This document shows positions 30,270 through 41,760 of a DNA stretch of 64,000 nucleotides, piece by piece. Position 1 is the stretch's first letter; each line of letters begins with the position of its first letter. The notes under the pieces were generated by a model. It searched no databases and had not been told where the DNA came from. It saw only the letters and a program-made list of their open reading frames with translations. The DNA lies in the NCBI RefSeq assembly GCF_009914755.1, contig NC_060935.1; one strand, given 5' to 3'. The DNA is from the human T2T-CHM13v2.0 reference genome, Homo sapiens. Both the position numbers and the translations under genes were made by a program.

Positions 30270-30845
30270 TCCAGAGTACCACCACCGTGCTGCTTCCTTT
30301 CTTGCACCTTTCTAATCTATCTACCACATTCCATAGCCAAAACGATTGTTTAAATAAATGTATATCAGATCATGTCTCTCCTGTCTTCAAACCTGTCAAT
30401 AGTTTTCCATGTCACCATAAATAAAGTGCAAAATCTTCATGTCGGAAAGGGTCCTATTTACTCTGACCCTGATGACCTCTTTAATCTCATTTCAGGCCTC
30501 TTTTCTCTATCATTCTATGCATTCCTATCAAACAGGACTCCTTTCATTTTTTCTAATGTACCAAGTTCTTTCCCATCTCTGAGTGTTTGCACATGCTGTT
30601 TCCTCCATTTCGAATATTAGATCCCCCTAGTCTTGCTTTTTCTTCAGAATACTTAACACAGTTTATAATCATGTAAATACATAATTCTGATAAGGATTTG
30701 TTTATATCTGGCTACGTCACTAGGCTGTAAGCTCGTTGAGGGTAAGTTTGTTGATGACTGCATTGGTGATTACTGTATGTTGAGAACTTAGCACAGTGCT
30801 GGGTATATAATATATAATCAGTAAATATTTGTTGAAAGAATGAAA
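30270..30845 (+). mobile_element. L2 3' fragment
   Basis: Ends cttagcacagtgctggg...cagtaaatatttgttgaaagaatgaa. Confidence 0.6.
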
Positions 30846-30869
30846 AAACTATCAATTCATTCAGGCTTA

Positions 30870-31452
<583 letters not shown>

Positions 31453-34386
31453 CATCTCTTCTCTTTCATTTGTTCTGCAGTAATTTACCTTATTTAAGCT
31501 TCAGGGAGGTTTGCCTTCTGGCTTTACCATGTACAAGAACTGACTGTTACTCTCTGCCTGTTTTGTACAGGAGCACAAAAATGAGGCAGCAAACGCATTA
31601 CTTTTCTTTATGCTGATGCTCTGGAAAATATTATGCCCTAAAGAGGGAGGTTAACTGTCCTCCTTGCCCTTACCACTATAAACCAGACAGAAATTTAAAA
31701 TATGGAAACAGTGTTTTTTATTCTGTGTCAGGGTTTTAAACTTGGTCAACCTCCCGGAACTGTATGCCTATTTTATACTTTAATCGGTTTATGTACATGT
31801 TCATTTTTCTGGAAAGGATCTATATTTTTATTAGGTCCTTAGAGAAGTCAGAGATCCCAAAAAAGTGCCCTGGGCTTTGTATCCTGCTTTACTTCTCCTT
31901 GTAAGTGATCAAATCCACAAGGCTGATTGTGTTCTTTCTCTAAATCACTTTGTGTTATGACTTCAGGATGCATCTTGAACTTTGTTTTCAAGTGAACTTT
32001 GTAAACAAGTCCTCAGCTTAAAAGACATTTTGAACTATATTAATAATAAATGCATCATAAAATTTCCTGTTTGATAAAGGAGGCATCTGAGATAATTATG
32101 CAATGCACTTAGCTACTCACATTTTAGTTATTCTTATTAATATCATTGATATTTATTATTTTTCAATGCTTCTCTGAAAGACCTGAGTATGGCCACTCTG
32201 GCTTTAAGAACTGTGTCCACAGTGCTAGCTGAGAAACCACTACCACATATTTTTTTAAACTCCAAACTTTACTAAGAATCAGGCTTGGATATAGGGCCTA
32301 AAAATCATTCAATTGGAATGTGAAGAAGTTGAAACACCATTACGCAAAAACCCTTTAGCATATGTGTATGTGTGTCTCCCTAATGTCAGGATGTACACAT
32401 TTATTACAGTGGTTTGGAGGTTTATTTGTAATCTGACCTTTTGAAATTCTGGAGCACACAAAAAAAGTAGATCTTCATTAACAAGGATTTTTTTTTCTTT
32501 TTCTTTTCTCTTTTCTTGCCAGAAATTTAAAGATGTTTCTTCCTTCACTTCCTTCCTTCCTTGTACTGTCCTTGCTCAACGTGAATCTACAATCACTGCC
32601 ACTTGAATGGATGCAACTTATGTTAATAAATTGCCAGGATCAGAACTCCCACTGCAGCATTTCCTTCTCCATAGAACCACTGAACCAGAAATGCATTCTA
32701 GTGATTTTTTTTTGTCGTTAACGATGATTAATTAAACAAACTCGAGATTTCACGAGAAAAAACATAGATGCCCAGATTTAACAAACTCCTTATCTTTTTT
32801 CGACTTAAACCCACGAAGCTTTGGGGAGCACTCTAGCCCCTGCTACTCACCCATGCAAGCGGGGTGCGCGCTCGCGCACACACTCACTCACTCCAAGATA
32901 GGGGCTTTCTAGGAAAATACTTTGAGCTGCCAATCCAAGATTTTACTTAAAGAATTGACTTGGTTCTCAAGTGACAGATCTCTAAGTGCCAGAGCGGCAA
33001 AGTGCACCAGGCTGATAAAGTGCATGCCAAGACTCTCAGGTGGGAATTCTTGTCACAGCCAAGAGGTTGCTGGCATAGGCACCCGAGGCTGGCAGAGCCT
33101 AGCCTCTGAGTCTCCCTACACTCTGGGCTTGCTTTCCTTTTTGAAGCTGCCTGCAGCTCAAAGAGGAGTTTGAACCAAGGGCACTTGCTTCGCGATCCTC
33201 CTGGCAGAGCCACAGCTCAAGTTTCCCCCACGGAATCACGAGCTTTTGTAAAGGGCAGCGAGGAGGCAGCGAGGTGGCAGCGAGGTACAGTCGCAGAGTT
33301 CTCTGGAGAACGAACACCCCCGCCGCGCCCCACCCCCCAGGACTGGTGGAGACTGGAAGGAACGAGTCCAGACCACGGGACCTTCCCTGGCCGTGGGCCG
33401 ACGCCTAGCTGTCCTTGACCTCCCCAGCAGTCGGAGGCGCGCGCGGGAGAAATGAAAGTAAAACCTGTCCTGGCGCGGAACCAAGTGGAAGCTGGCGACA
33501 AGTAGGTCGCATCCTCAGAGCGACTGATAGCCAGTCCTGGATCTGCGCGAAGAGCTTGACTCGCAGAGGATAAAGTGAAAGGAAAAGGAAATGGGAGACA
33601 AGGGAGAAGAACAATAGTTAGGCTGGGGAGGCTCCTGGTCACCGAGCAGGCGTTCAGTAATAGCTGCTGTCTGCGGTGCAGACGGACTAGTCGCCCGGCC
33701 AGGCCACTTCGGTGACTGCCCTGCGCCCAGCCGGGCGGCCGGATCCAGACCAGTGCGCCGCGCTGCACTCCTCTAACCCTCCGCGTCCCAACCCCTTACC
33801 AGGGCCAGGGTCAGGGCCCGGAATCTGTCCTCCGTCCTCAGATGGAATTCAGGTCCGCTCAGGTGACTCCTTCCAGGAAGAGTCCTTAAATAACTTCCGC
33901 GCGGCCATTTCTTCCCCAGGTGCAATGTCCACTGTTGAGTCCCGAGAGTGAAAAGGCAGCTAAGCCAGCAGTGCGCGGCCCAGACAGACCACTCTGGGCA
34001 AGGTCCGCGCGACCCACTGCCCAGCCGCCTTTGCACCGGAGCTCAGAGCCATATGGCAGAGTAGGAAGGAAGCTTAAAGGTCTGCTGGGGACCGGCTCTA
34101 AGATGGGGACTCGAGAGATGGGACATGACTCGCCCACCTTCACACAGCGAATTGCCGGGAGGTGAGGACTAGAAGCCTGTTTGGCTAGTGGTCTCGCACC
34201 TTTGGCCTCTCCGTCGAGTCGCTGGGCTTCAGGACATTCGATTAGAGGAGTGGTTAGTAGGACCCCAGAAACCCACAAGCACGAAGCAGGAAGCCCCGTG
34301 GCTTAGCCTTTCCTTCCCAGTTTGGCCCCCAGGAGAGAAGTAAGAAAGAGAAGAAGCTGTGATGAAAGAGCACAAACGGGTGACAA

Positions 34387-34768
34387 ACGTGTCTAGCGTG
34401 ATTCATCATGAACAGGCACAAATTCTTTGGGCGGGGGCTAGGACTCTCCTTTGCCCCTTGAGAAGTTGGTGACCCCAGCCTAGAGGAATCCACGCCGCGC
34501 CCCAGTCGGCCGTGCTAGCGTGTCGGGCCGAGTAGGGACTCTGCTGCTTCCTACCTGCAGGGTGACTTCCCCTCTCTGCAGATACCTCCCCTCTCTGAGC
34601 TTGAATTTTCTACCTGCTGAAATGGGAAAAGGAATGTTACCTTCCTTGCCTGACTCAAGGGTGGCTGTGAAGCTCAAAGTAGACTGGGATGTGGCCGTGC
34701 TTGGTAAACTGTAAAATGATTAGCATACGTGAAGCGTTAGTGTGCTCCCTGGCAGTCAGTCCTCACGT
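34387..34768. promoter_or_regulatory. ADM: Cluster of HIF-type RCGTG motifs upstream of ADM
   Basis: ACGTG 34387, GCGTG 34396, GCGTG 34518, TACGTG 34726, CACGT 34764; AP-1 TGACTCA 34651. ADM is an established HIF-1 target. Confidence 0.6.
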
Positions 34769-35440
34769 TTACGATGGATTAATGAAGGCAGCCAGGCACA
34801 ATCTCAGGTTATGACCTTATAAGGCATAATAGGATTACAAGGAGGCAAAATGAAACAGTATATTTCCTCCTAATTTTGGTTATTCCTATGTTTCCAAATA
34901 GAAATGAAAATTCTGAAATTTCAGATAATTCCCCCCTCCAAATCCCAATTCTCAATTTAGCTTTTCTGAGCCTTGTCCCTACCGTGAAATCTTACTAGCT
35001 CACCCCGAAACGCCGGGGTCTTGGTCCTCTGGGGGACTAGTGAGTCCTGCTCCTCTCGGCTTTGCTCCGTCCCTGCCCCGGCCCCTCCGCGGGAGTCTGG
35101 GGTCGCGGCCCGGTCAGGCGCCAAGCCGGCAGGGGGCGCGGTCCACTTGAGGCCACAGCTCCCCAGGTCCAGGGCTCGGGCCATCCGCGCTGTCCCTTCC
35201 GCGGGCTCTTGCTGTTCTTCGCCAGGAGGCTTTGCACTCCGGGCCGCATGGGTCCTGGATAAGGACCTCAAGAGGTTGTAGTGGCGCCCCTTCGCTCCGG
35301 CGTACTGTCTGAACCCTGTGCCCAAAGAGGGCTGTGGCAGTTCCTGCACCAACCGCCTGGAGCCCATACCTAAGCCCTCTGGGCACGAGGGACCTCCTCT
35401 CCCCCGCTCCCCCCTCCCCCCATCCCAACTCCAGCCCCAA

Positions 35441-35580
35441 AGGAAGCAATGCGCGCGTCCGAGAGCAGGAGCGCGCGTGGCTGAGGAAAGAAAGGGAAGG
35501 CAACCGGGCAGCCCAGGCCCCGCCCCGCCGCTCCCCCACCCGTGCGCTTATAAAGCACAGGAACCAGAGCTGGCCACTCA
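35441..35580 (+). promoter_or_regulatory. ADM: ADM core promoter: C/EBP-like GAAGCAAT, GC boxes, TATA box
   Basis: CCCCGCCCCGCC 35518-35529, TATAAA 35549-35554, Inr-like ACTCAGT at about 35576. Confidence 0.85.
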
Positions 35581-35732
35581 GTGGTTTCTTGGTGACACTG
35601 GATAGAACAGCTCAAGCCTTGCCACTTCGGGCTTCTCACTGCAGCTGGGCTTGGACTTCGGAGTTTTGCCATTGCCAGTGGGACGTCTGAGACTTTCTCC
35701 TTCAAGTACTTGGCAGATCACTCTCTTAGCAG
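35576..35732 (+). other. ADM: ADM exon 1 (non-coding)
   Basis: Starts about 25 nt after TATA (TSS approximate); donor CAG|GTAGGT at 35733. Confidence 0.85.
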
Positions 35733-36203
35733 GTAGGTGCCGCAGACCCTGCGGGTTAAGAGGTGGGGTGGGGGGCAGTGCTTGCCAAGGCCCTAAACTG
35801 GGAGCGCTGGGTGAGGGGAACAACCCACTTTGGAGGGTTCTCTGAGAGATAGATACACCCCATATCCTGGGCCCAGCTCGTGCACACAGCTGGAGGTCCA
35901 GAGACCCAGTCCCCTCTGCTCCGTCAGCCAAGTTCCAAGAAGTTGAGCAGAGACCCTCTGGGAGCCTGGCGGGGTGCAGCGGCCTCCCCTGCGGGGCCTG
36001 TCACCCGGCCGGCGCGTGCAAACGCCTCTGGCGCCTCTCTGCGCGGAGGGAGATAAGCGTCTGAGCCAGGGAAAGCGCGGGCTAAACCCGCCTCGCCGGG
36101 GCCCCTGCCCGCCCTCCGTGCCCCGCCCGGGCGGTGCAGCTGGCCCGGGTGCTCACGCTCGACTCTCTTTCTTCTTTTCCAGGGTCTGCGCTTCGCAGCC
36201 GGG

Positions 36204-36301
36204 ATGAAGCTGGTTTCCGTCGCCCTGATGTACCTGGGTTCGCTCGCCTTCCTAGGCGCTGACACCGCTCGGTTGGATGTCGCGTCGGAGTTTCGAAAGA
36301 A
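36204..36301 (+). CDS. ADM: ADM exon 2 coding part (signal peptide and start of PAMP); exon starts at 36183
   Basis: [32 protein letters not shown]; acceptor ttttccAG at 36182; donor AA|GTGAGT at 36302. Confidence 0.97.
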
Positions 36302-36451
36302 GTGAGTCCGGGCAGCGCCTTCCCCCTTGCTGGTACCTGGCAGGCAAGGGGAACTGACCGTTGGTCCCGAAGGTCTAGAAGTGAATGGGAGCAGGGACAG
36401 GCCTGGGCGTCACCTGAACGCACGCGAATCGGGTCTGCTTGTGTTTTCCAG

Positions 36452-36601
36452 GTGGAATAAGTGGGCTCTGAGTCGTGGGAAGAGGGAACTGCGGATGTCC
36501 AGCAGCTACCCCACCGGGCTCGCTGACGTGAAGGCCGGGCCTGCCCAGACCCTTATTCGGCCCCAGGACATGAAGGGTGCCTCTCGAAGCCCCGAAGACA
36601 G
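36452..36601 (+). CDS. ADM: ADM exon 3 (end of PAMP, GKR amidation site, mid-regional proADM)
   Basis: [50 protein letters not shown]; canonical AG/GT borders. Confidence 0.97.
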
Positions 36602-36834
36602 GTAACTACGCCCTGTGCTGTCCAGGGACGGGAGGGAAGGAAGGTGTGCGGGAGGAGTTCTCTGTCTCCACTCCCCTGGCCCGGGGGATCGTCGGGGCTG
36701 GACCGCAGCTCAGATGGCGCGAGCAGTTTCCAGCTCCCTCTGGCTCTAGAATGGCTCCCGTTCCCGGTGTTGGGGCCAAAGCTCTGCTTGATGGGGTCTC
36801 AAGTTGCCTTTCTTCCCCCTCCCCCCGCCCGCAG

Positions 36835-37144
36835 CAGTCCGGATGCCGCCCGCATCCGAGTCAAGCGCTACCGCCAGAGCATGAACAACTTCCAGGGCCT
36901 CCGGAGCTTTGGCTGCCGCTTCGGGACGTGCACGGTGCAGAAGCTGGCACACCAGATCTACCAGTTCACAGATAAGGACAAGGACAACGTCGCCCCCAGG
37001 AGCAAGATCAGCCCCCAGGGCTACGGCCGCCGGCGCCGGCGCTCCCTGCCCGAGGCCGGCCCGGGTCGGACTCTGGTGTCTTCTAAGCCACAAGCACACG
37101 GGGCTCCAGCCCCCCCGAGTGGAAGTGCTCCCCACTTTCTTTAG
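36835..37144 (+). CDS. ADM: ADM exon 4 coding part (mature adrenomedullin 36869-37024, adrenotensin)
   Basis: [59 protein letters not shown]. 98+150+310=558 nt = 185 aa plus stop. Confidence 0.98.
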
Positions 37145-37879
37145 GATTTAGGCGCCCATGGTACAAGGAATAGTCGCGCAAGCATCCCGCTGGTGCCTCC
37201 CGGGACGAAGGACTTCCCGAGCGGTGTGGGGACCGGGCTCTGACAGCCCTGCGGAGACCCTGAGTCCGGGAGGCACCGTCCGGCGGCGAGCTCTGGCTTT
37301 GCAAGGGCCCCTCCTTCTGGGGGCTTCGCTTCCTTAGCCTTGCTCAGGTGCAAGTGCCCCAGGGGGCGGGGTGCAGAAGAATCCGAGTGTTTGCCAGGCT
37401 TAAGGAGAGGAGAAACTGAGAAATGAATGCTGAGACCCCCGGAGCAGGGGTCTGAGCCACAGCCGTGCTCGCCCACAAACTGATTTCTCACGGCGTGTCA
37501 CCCCACCAGGGCGCAAGCCTCACTATTACTTGAACTTTCCAAAACCTAAAGAGGAAAAGTGCAATGCGTGTTGTACATACAGAGGTAACTATCAATATTT
37601 AAGTTTGTTGCTGTCAAGATTTTTTTTGTAACTTCAAATATAGAGATATTTTTGTACGTTATATATTGTATTAAGGGCATTTTAAAAGCAATTATATTGT
37701 CCTCCCCTATTTTAAGACGTGAATGTCTCAGCGAGGTGTAAAGTTGTTCGCCGCGTGGAATGTGAGTGTGTTTGTGTGCATGAAAGAGAAAGACTGATTA
37801 CCTCCTGTGTGGAAGAAGGAAACACCGAGTCTCTGTATAATCTATTTACATAAAATGGGTGATATGCGAACAGCAAACC

Positions 37880-37885
37880 AATAAA
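37880..37885 (+). terminator. ADM: ADM polyadenylation signal
   Basis: AATAAA at the end of an AU-rich 3'UTR; cleavage expected at about 37900. Confidence 0.85.
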
Positions 37886-38450
37886 CTGTCTCAATGCTGA
37901 TTCATTCTCTCGGCTCGGCTCTCACGTCTAGGAAGGGAGGGTGCCCTGGTCCCGGCCCGCCCAGGAGCCTTGGGGTCCCGCCGCCGGGCTTGGGAAGGTG
38001 GGACAGCGGCGCGTGCAGGTGCTGGCCCTACTCTGAGCGGGCTGAGCTGTCACGAGCTCTGTTCTCTGTGTGGGGCGCGCAGAACACGTGTCCTGGGTGC
38101 GAATCAGGGCTTCGCGGAGACGCCCGAGGTCACCGCCTGGCGTGGCGGCCGGCGGGGGGTGGGTAGGGGGAGCCCTAGTGGGTTGGCGAGCCTGGACTCT
38201 CGGGTTGCGCAACGGAGTCCTAGATTTATAGGGTTGCTCACAGAACCCGGCGCGAAAGCGAGCTTCGAAGAGTTGGGGTGGTCTCTGAGGCCTTCTAAGA
38301 GAGGCGTTCCCCCTGCCTGCCGCGGTTGTTAAAGTTCCAAGCCGCCCTAGCAATGCGTGGGGACACCTCCGGAAAACCCAGTAACCCCTAGTAACCCCGG
38401 GTCTGCCCGGGCCTGAGCGCCCGCGGGCCGCTGGCTCATGGGCGAGGCTG

Positions 38451-38672
38451 TAGCGCCCCCTGCAGGCAGCTGAGACAGGCCCAGCGCCGCCAAGCAGTAC
38501 GTGCGGTTTAATAAGTTCTCCTACGTGGGAGTCAGCACACAGCCTTAATGAAAGAGGAAAGAAAGAAAAAAAAAAAGAGAGAAAGAAACAGTTTGCAGAT
38601 GCCAACCAGGGCCGTCCTCCTACACCCCCCAGACCTGCACCGCGGCTCCCTGTTCTGGGACAGTGACTCAGC
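38451..38672. promoter_or_regulatory. 3' regulatory module: CTCF motif, two TACGTG, AP-1/ARE motif
   Basis: CCTGCAGGGGGCGCTA on minus at 38451-38466; TACGTG at 38498 and 38522; TGACTCAGC at 38664-38672. Confidence 0.6.
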
Positions 38673-40157
38673 GCCCACACGCTGCGCTGCGTGCAGCTGC
38701 CGGCTGGAGGCGGGCAGGACGGACGTGCCGGCGGAACCGTGAGCCTCCGACGGCCTGAGACCTTCATTGTTCCGCCTCCCCTAGCCGCTCACCTCTTCCT
38801 TCCTCCTTCCCAAGCCTTTTTTCATTTTTTTCTTCACTTTTCTCCAGCCTTCCTCTCTCTCTCTCCTTCCTTCCTCCTTGCTTTCTTTATATGCCTTATC
38901 TTCTGAGAAGGTTGACCCCAGTTCCGGCGATAGACGGACACTAAGCCCCCCTTGAGTGACTAGAAAGGCAGGGGACATAGGAACAGTTAGGACATAAGGG
39001 AAGAGTAAAGAGAGGGACCCCTGATTTTGATTTCAGGGTGCCCTGTTTGTCTCATCCAATATCCTGAAGACCCAAGATGGAGACCAGCTACTTGTCCCTT
39101 CCAAAAAGCTTCCCTGGCCTTAATGTCAGTGCTTGTAGGTGATCTCAGAAACCTCCCTGGTGAAGAAAACCTGAAGGTGAGTTTGGAGAATGGAAATGTT
39201 TCCAGGGTAGCCTACGGCCTTCTGGGGCTTTTGCACATTACAGGGTCCCCTCCGAGGGGCTAGGATGTTTAGTTTCTTGCAGAAGAGGACTGCATACCCA
39301 CTGAGAGAGAGGGGCCCTACTCTGGGGTCCAGAGATACCTCATTCCAAAGCAGTTTCAATTTAGAAGAAAGTAAACTCGAGTACATAGAATTTCCTTAAG
39401 ACCATACAAAACCTCAGTTTGGGCACCTGGCTGTTGACAATGCCAATCTCATATAGTTTATTGTCCTGTTTGATCTTAATAATTGTGTGAGGTGTGCCAG
39501 AATTGAGGAGGTTAGAAATGCAGCTACAGACCATTCTTGTCCTCAAGGGCCTTTCAGAAAAAGATTCACTTTGTGGGAACTCTGTGCCAGGCACTGAGAA
39601 GGTACCAGGCATGTATGAATGAAAGAGTGACTCAAGATTCCTGTCATGGAATTTCTGTGCCAGTGAGTGGGTTCTGGGTGGTCTGAAGGGGCTACAGAAA
39701 CTGCAGAGAGCAGCAAACACTTAAGCCTCGCAGACAGTGGCGCAAGATTACTCCTTTCCTTGAGCCAAGGTTGTCCTGTAGCCACAAAGCACTCCAGCCA
39801 AACCTCACCTTGGCACAGCGTCAGCCAGCAAACAAAGCTGCCAAAGGCAGGTTGGGCACAAGCTTCGGGCGGTTGTGAGCAGGGAACAGGCGTCTAGCCT
39901 TGTGCTGAGGAAGTCTTATGACTTGAGGGAATCCAAGGCAAGTGAAGGAGATGGTTCAGCCCTAAGACAAAAGAGGCAGCTGCTCAGCTGGAGTCCTTCC
40001 CGCTGAGAATCCTGTGACTGGAGACATGTGCGAGGAGACAGAGACCCTCCTAAGACCAGTTTGGTATGAGTTCAGGATTAACCAAAGGTCACCATCAAAC
40101 CCCGGGCTCTTCTCTTTGAGGTGCTGAAGCTTATCAGGATAGGGACTATTGATGCCA

Positions 40158-40190
40158 AGAACACATTGTTTATCAACAGTGATGAGTCAT
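40158..40190. promoter_or_regulatory. Candidate composite enhancer core (GRE-like/FOX/GATA/AP-1)
   Basis: AGAACAcatTGTTTA, TTATCA and ATGAGTCAT within 33 bp. Confidence 0.45.
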
Positions 40191-40419
40191 TTGTGAGCTG
40201 ATTCGACCTGTCCACAGCTGAGGAGTAGTCACAGCTTTTATCTTTAGCTACTGTTGCTTGCTGTGGAAATGATACCATACATTTGTAATCAAACACGGGG
40301 TATCAGGCAATTTCTTGAAAAGCCAACACCTTGGCTGAACAGCCAAGGGTGAAGGGGAGTGATGGGGAGGAATGGAAACAGATTCCTTTTTTAGCACTTG
40401 CTTGGTGTCAGATATTCTC

Positions 40420-40590
40420 TTTGCCACTTTATACACCTTATCTCATTTAATTCTTACAACAGCCTTGTGAAGTAGGTGTTATCTGTTTATTGATAAGGAA
40501 ACAACCTCAGAGACATAAAGTAACTCAGCCAAGGTTACACAGTGAATAATAAGCGGTGGAGCCTGGATTTGTACCCAAATGCTACAGGCT
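40420..40590 (-). mobile_element. MIR
   Basis: atctcatttaattcttacaacagccttgtgaagtaggt...aagtaactcagccaaggttacacag. Confidence 0.75.
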
Positions 40591-41120
40591 ATTTTGATCC
40601 TCTAAAGGCATATGGAGTAAAGTGGGATAATTTTAACGTTTAGATTCTCCAGCCAAATGTCCCCAAATGTCCTCTAAAACAGGGATAGCTTGTATAGGTG
40701 ATTCACACCTGTGGTTCTGAAAGATTTACATGAGGGCTGGTAGAATAGGGAAGGAGAGCTGCTTCAAGCAGTAAGCTCAATGAGTGCAAAATAAATAAAT
40801 GAACTGAGTTTTAAATTCTTGGTCTTGGTTTGAAGAAGGGATTATAAATCAACCTTTTTCCTCTCCTGAGCTAAGCCACTGACCTCTTTGGTTTGAATTG
40901 CCAAATATAGTTAAAATATACACTGAAGCTTCAAGAGCTGGTTTCGGGGGGGAAGGCCTTCTGAGCTATTCCTGGCCAAATACAGCCCCACACTGTAGGT
41001 CTTAAGTCGCCTGGAAGAACACCTGTGTCTACAAAACTGCAAATAGAGTTTCCACCCTTGAGGTGGGATCTTTTGTCTTGGCAACTGCTGCTCAAGGCAC
41101 CTTTTTAGAGGATGTTCTGA

Positions 41121-41128
<8 letters not shown>

Positions 41129-41184
<56 letters not shown>
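41129..41184. repeat. (AG)n microsatellite
   Basis: About 28 units with one AC interruption. Confidence 0.95.
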
Positions 41185-41187
<3 letters not shown>

Positions 41188-41596
41188 TATGACATAAGGC
41201 CCCTCCTTTCCCCAGCTGAGAAGGAGAAGGCCTTGTTATCCTGAGTCTCACAGAGGTTTCTGCCAAAGCCAGGCTGGAGGCTTGGTCTTCATGTGCATGG
41301 GAAGAAGGGTGAGGCTAGATAGCTATCTGGTGGTCCCACTGGTCTTGTTCCAGAGCTATTTTGGAACATTCTGGAAAAACAATAAAATGACTGTGGCCAC
41401 ACAGGCAGCTGAATTTAGTAGGTTTTTGTACATTTATCCAACATTAGGAAAGTAGTTTTGAGTATTAAGATACAATTTTAGAGCATAAAAAATGCATTTT
41501 ACTTATTTACAATATTTATTCAGTGTAGAAGAAAAAGATTCACCTGCAATACTACTTTCAGAGATAACCACTATTAATATTTTAGACATTTTAATC

Positions 41597-41760
41597 TTTT
41601 ATTTATTTATTTATTTTTTTAGAGACAGGGTTTTGCTCAGTTGCCCAGGCTGGAGTGCAGTGGTTTGATCAAGCTCACTGCCTCAGACTCCCAGGCCCAA
41701 GCAATCCTCCTGCCTCAGCCTCCTGAGTAGGGGTGACTATAGGCATGATGCCTGGCTAAC
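41597..41760 (-). mobile_element. Alu right-arm fragment
   Basis: Flanked by a ttttagacatttt direct repeat. Confidence 0.75.

Larger units (their letters stand above)
32860..38760. promoter_or_regulatory. ADM: CpG-rich domain covering ADM upstream region, gene body and 3' flank
   Basis: High CpG density; no recognisable interspersed repeats. Confidence 0.85.

Noticed and set aside
36302-36451. In-frame retention of the 150-nt ADM intron 2
   Set aside because: TGA follows immediately (AAG AAG TGA), so there is no extended product.
36746-37135. 129-aa antisense ORF over ADM exon 4
   Set aside because: Shadow ORF typical of a GC3-rich coding sequence.
37928-38767. 279-aa minus-strand ORF 3' of ADM
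   Set aside because: GC-rich, low complexity, no domain, and runs through a simple A/G tract.
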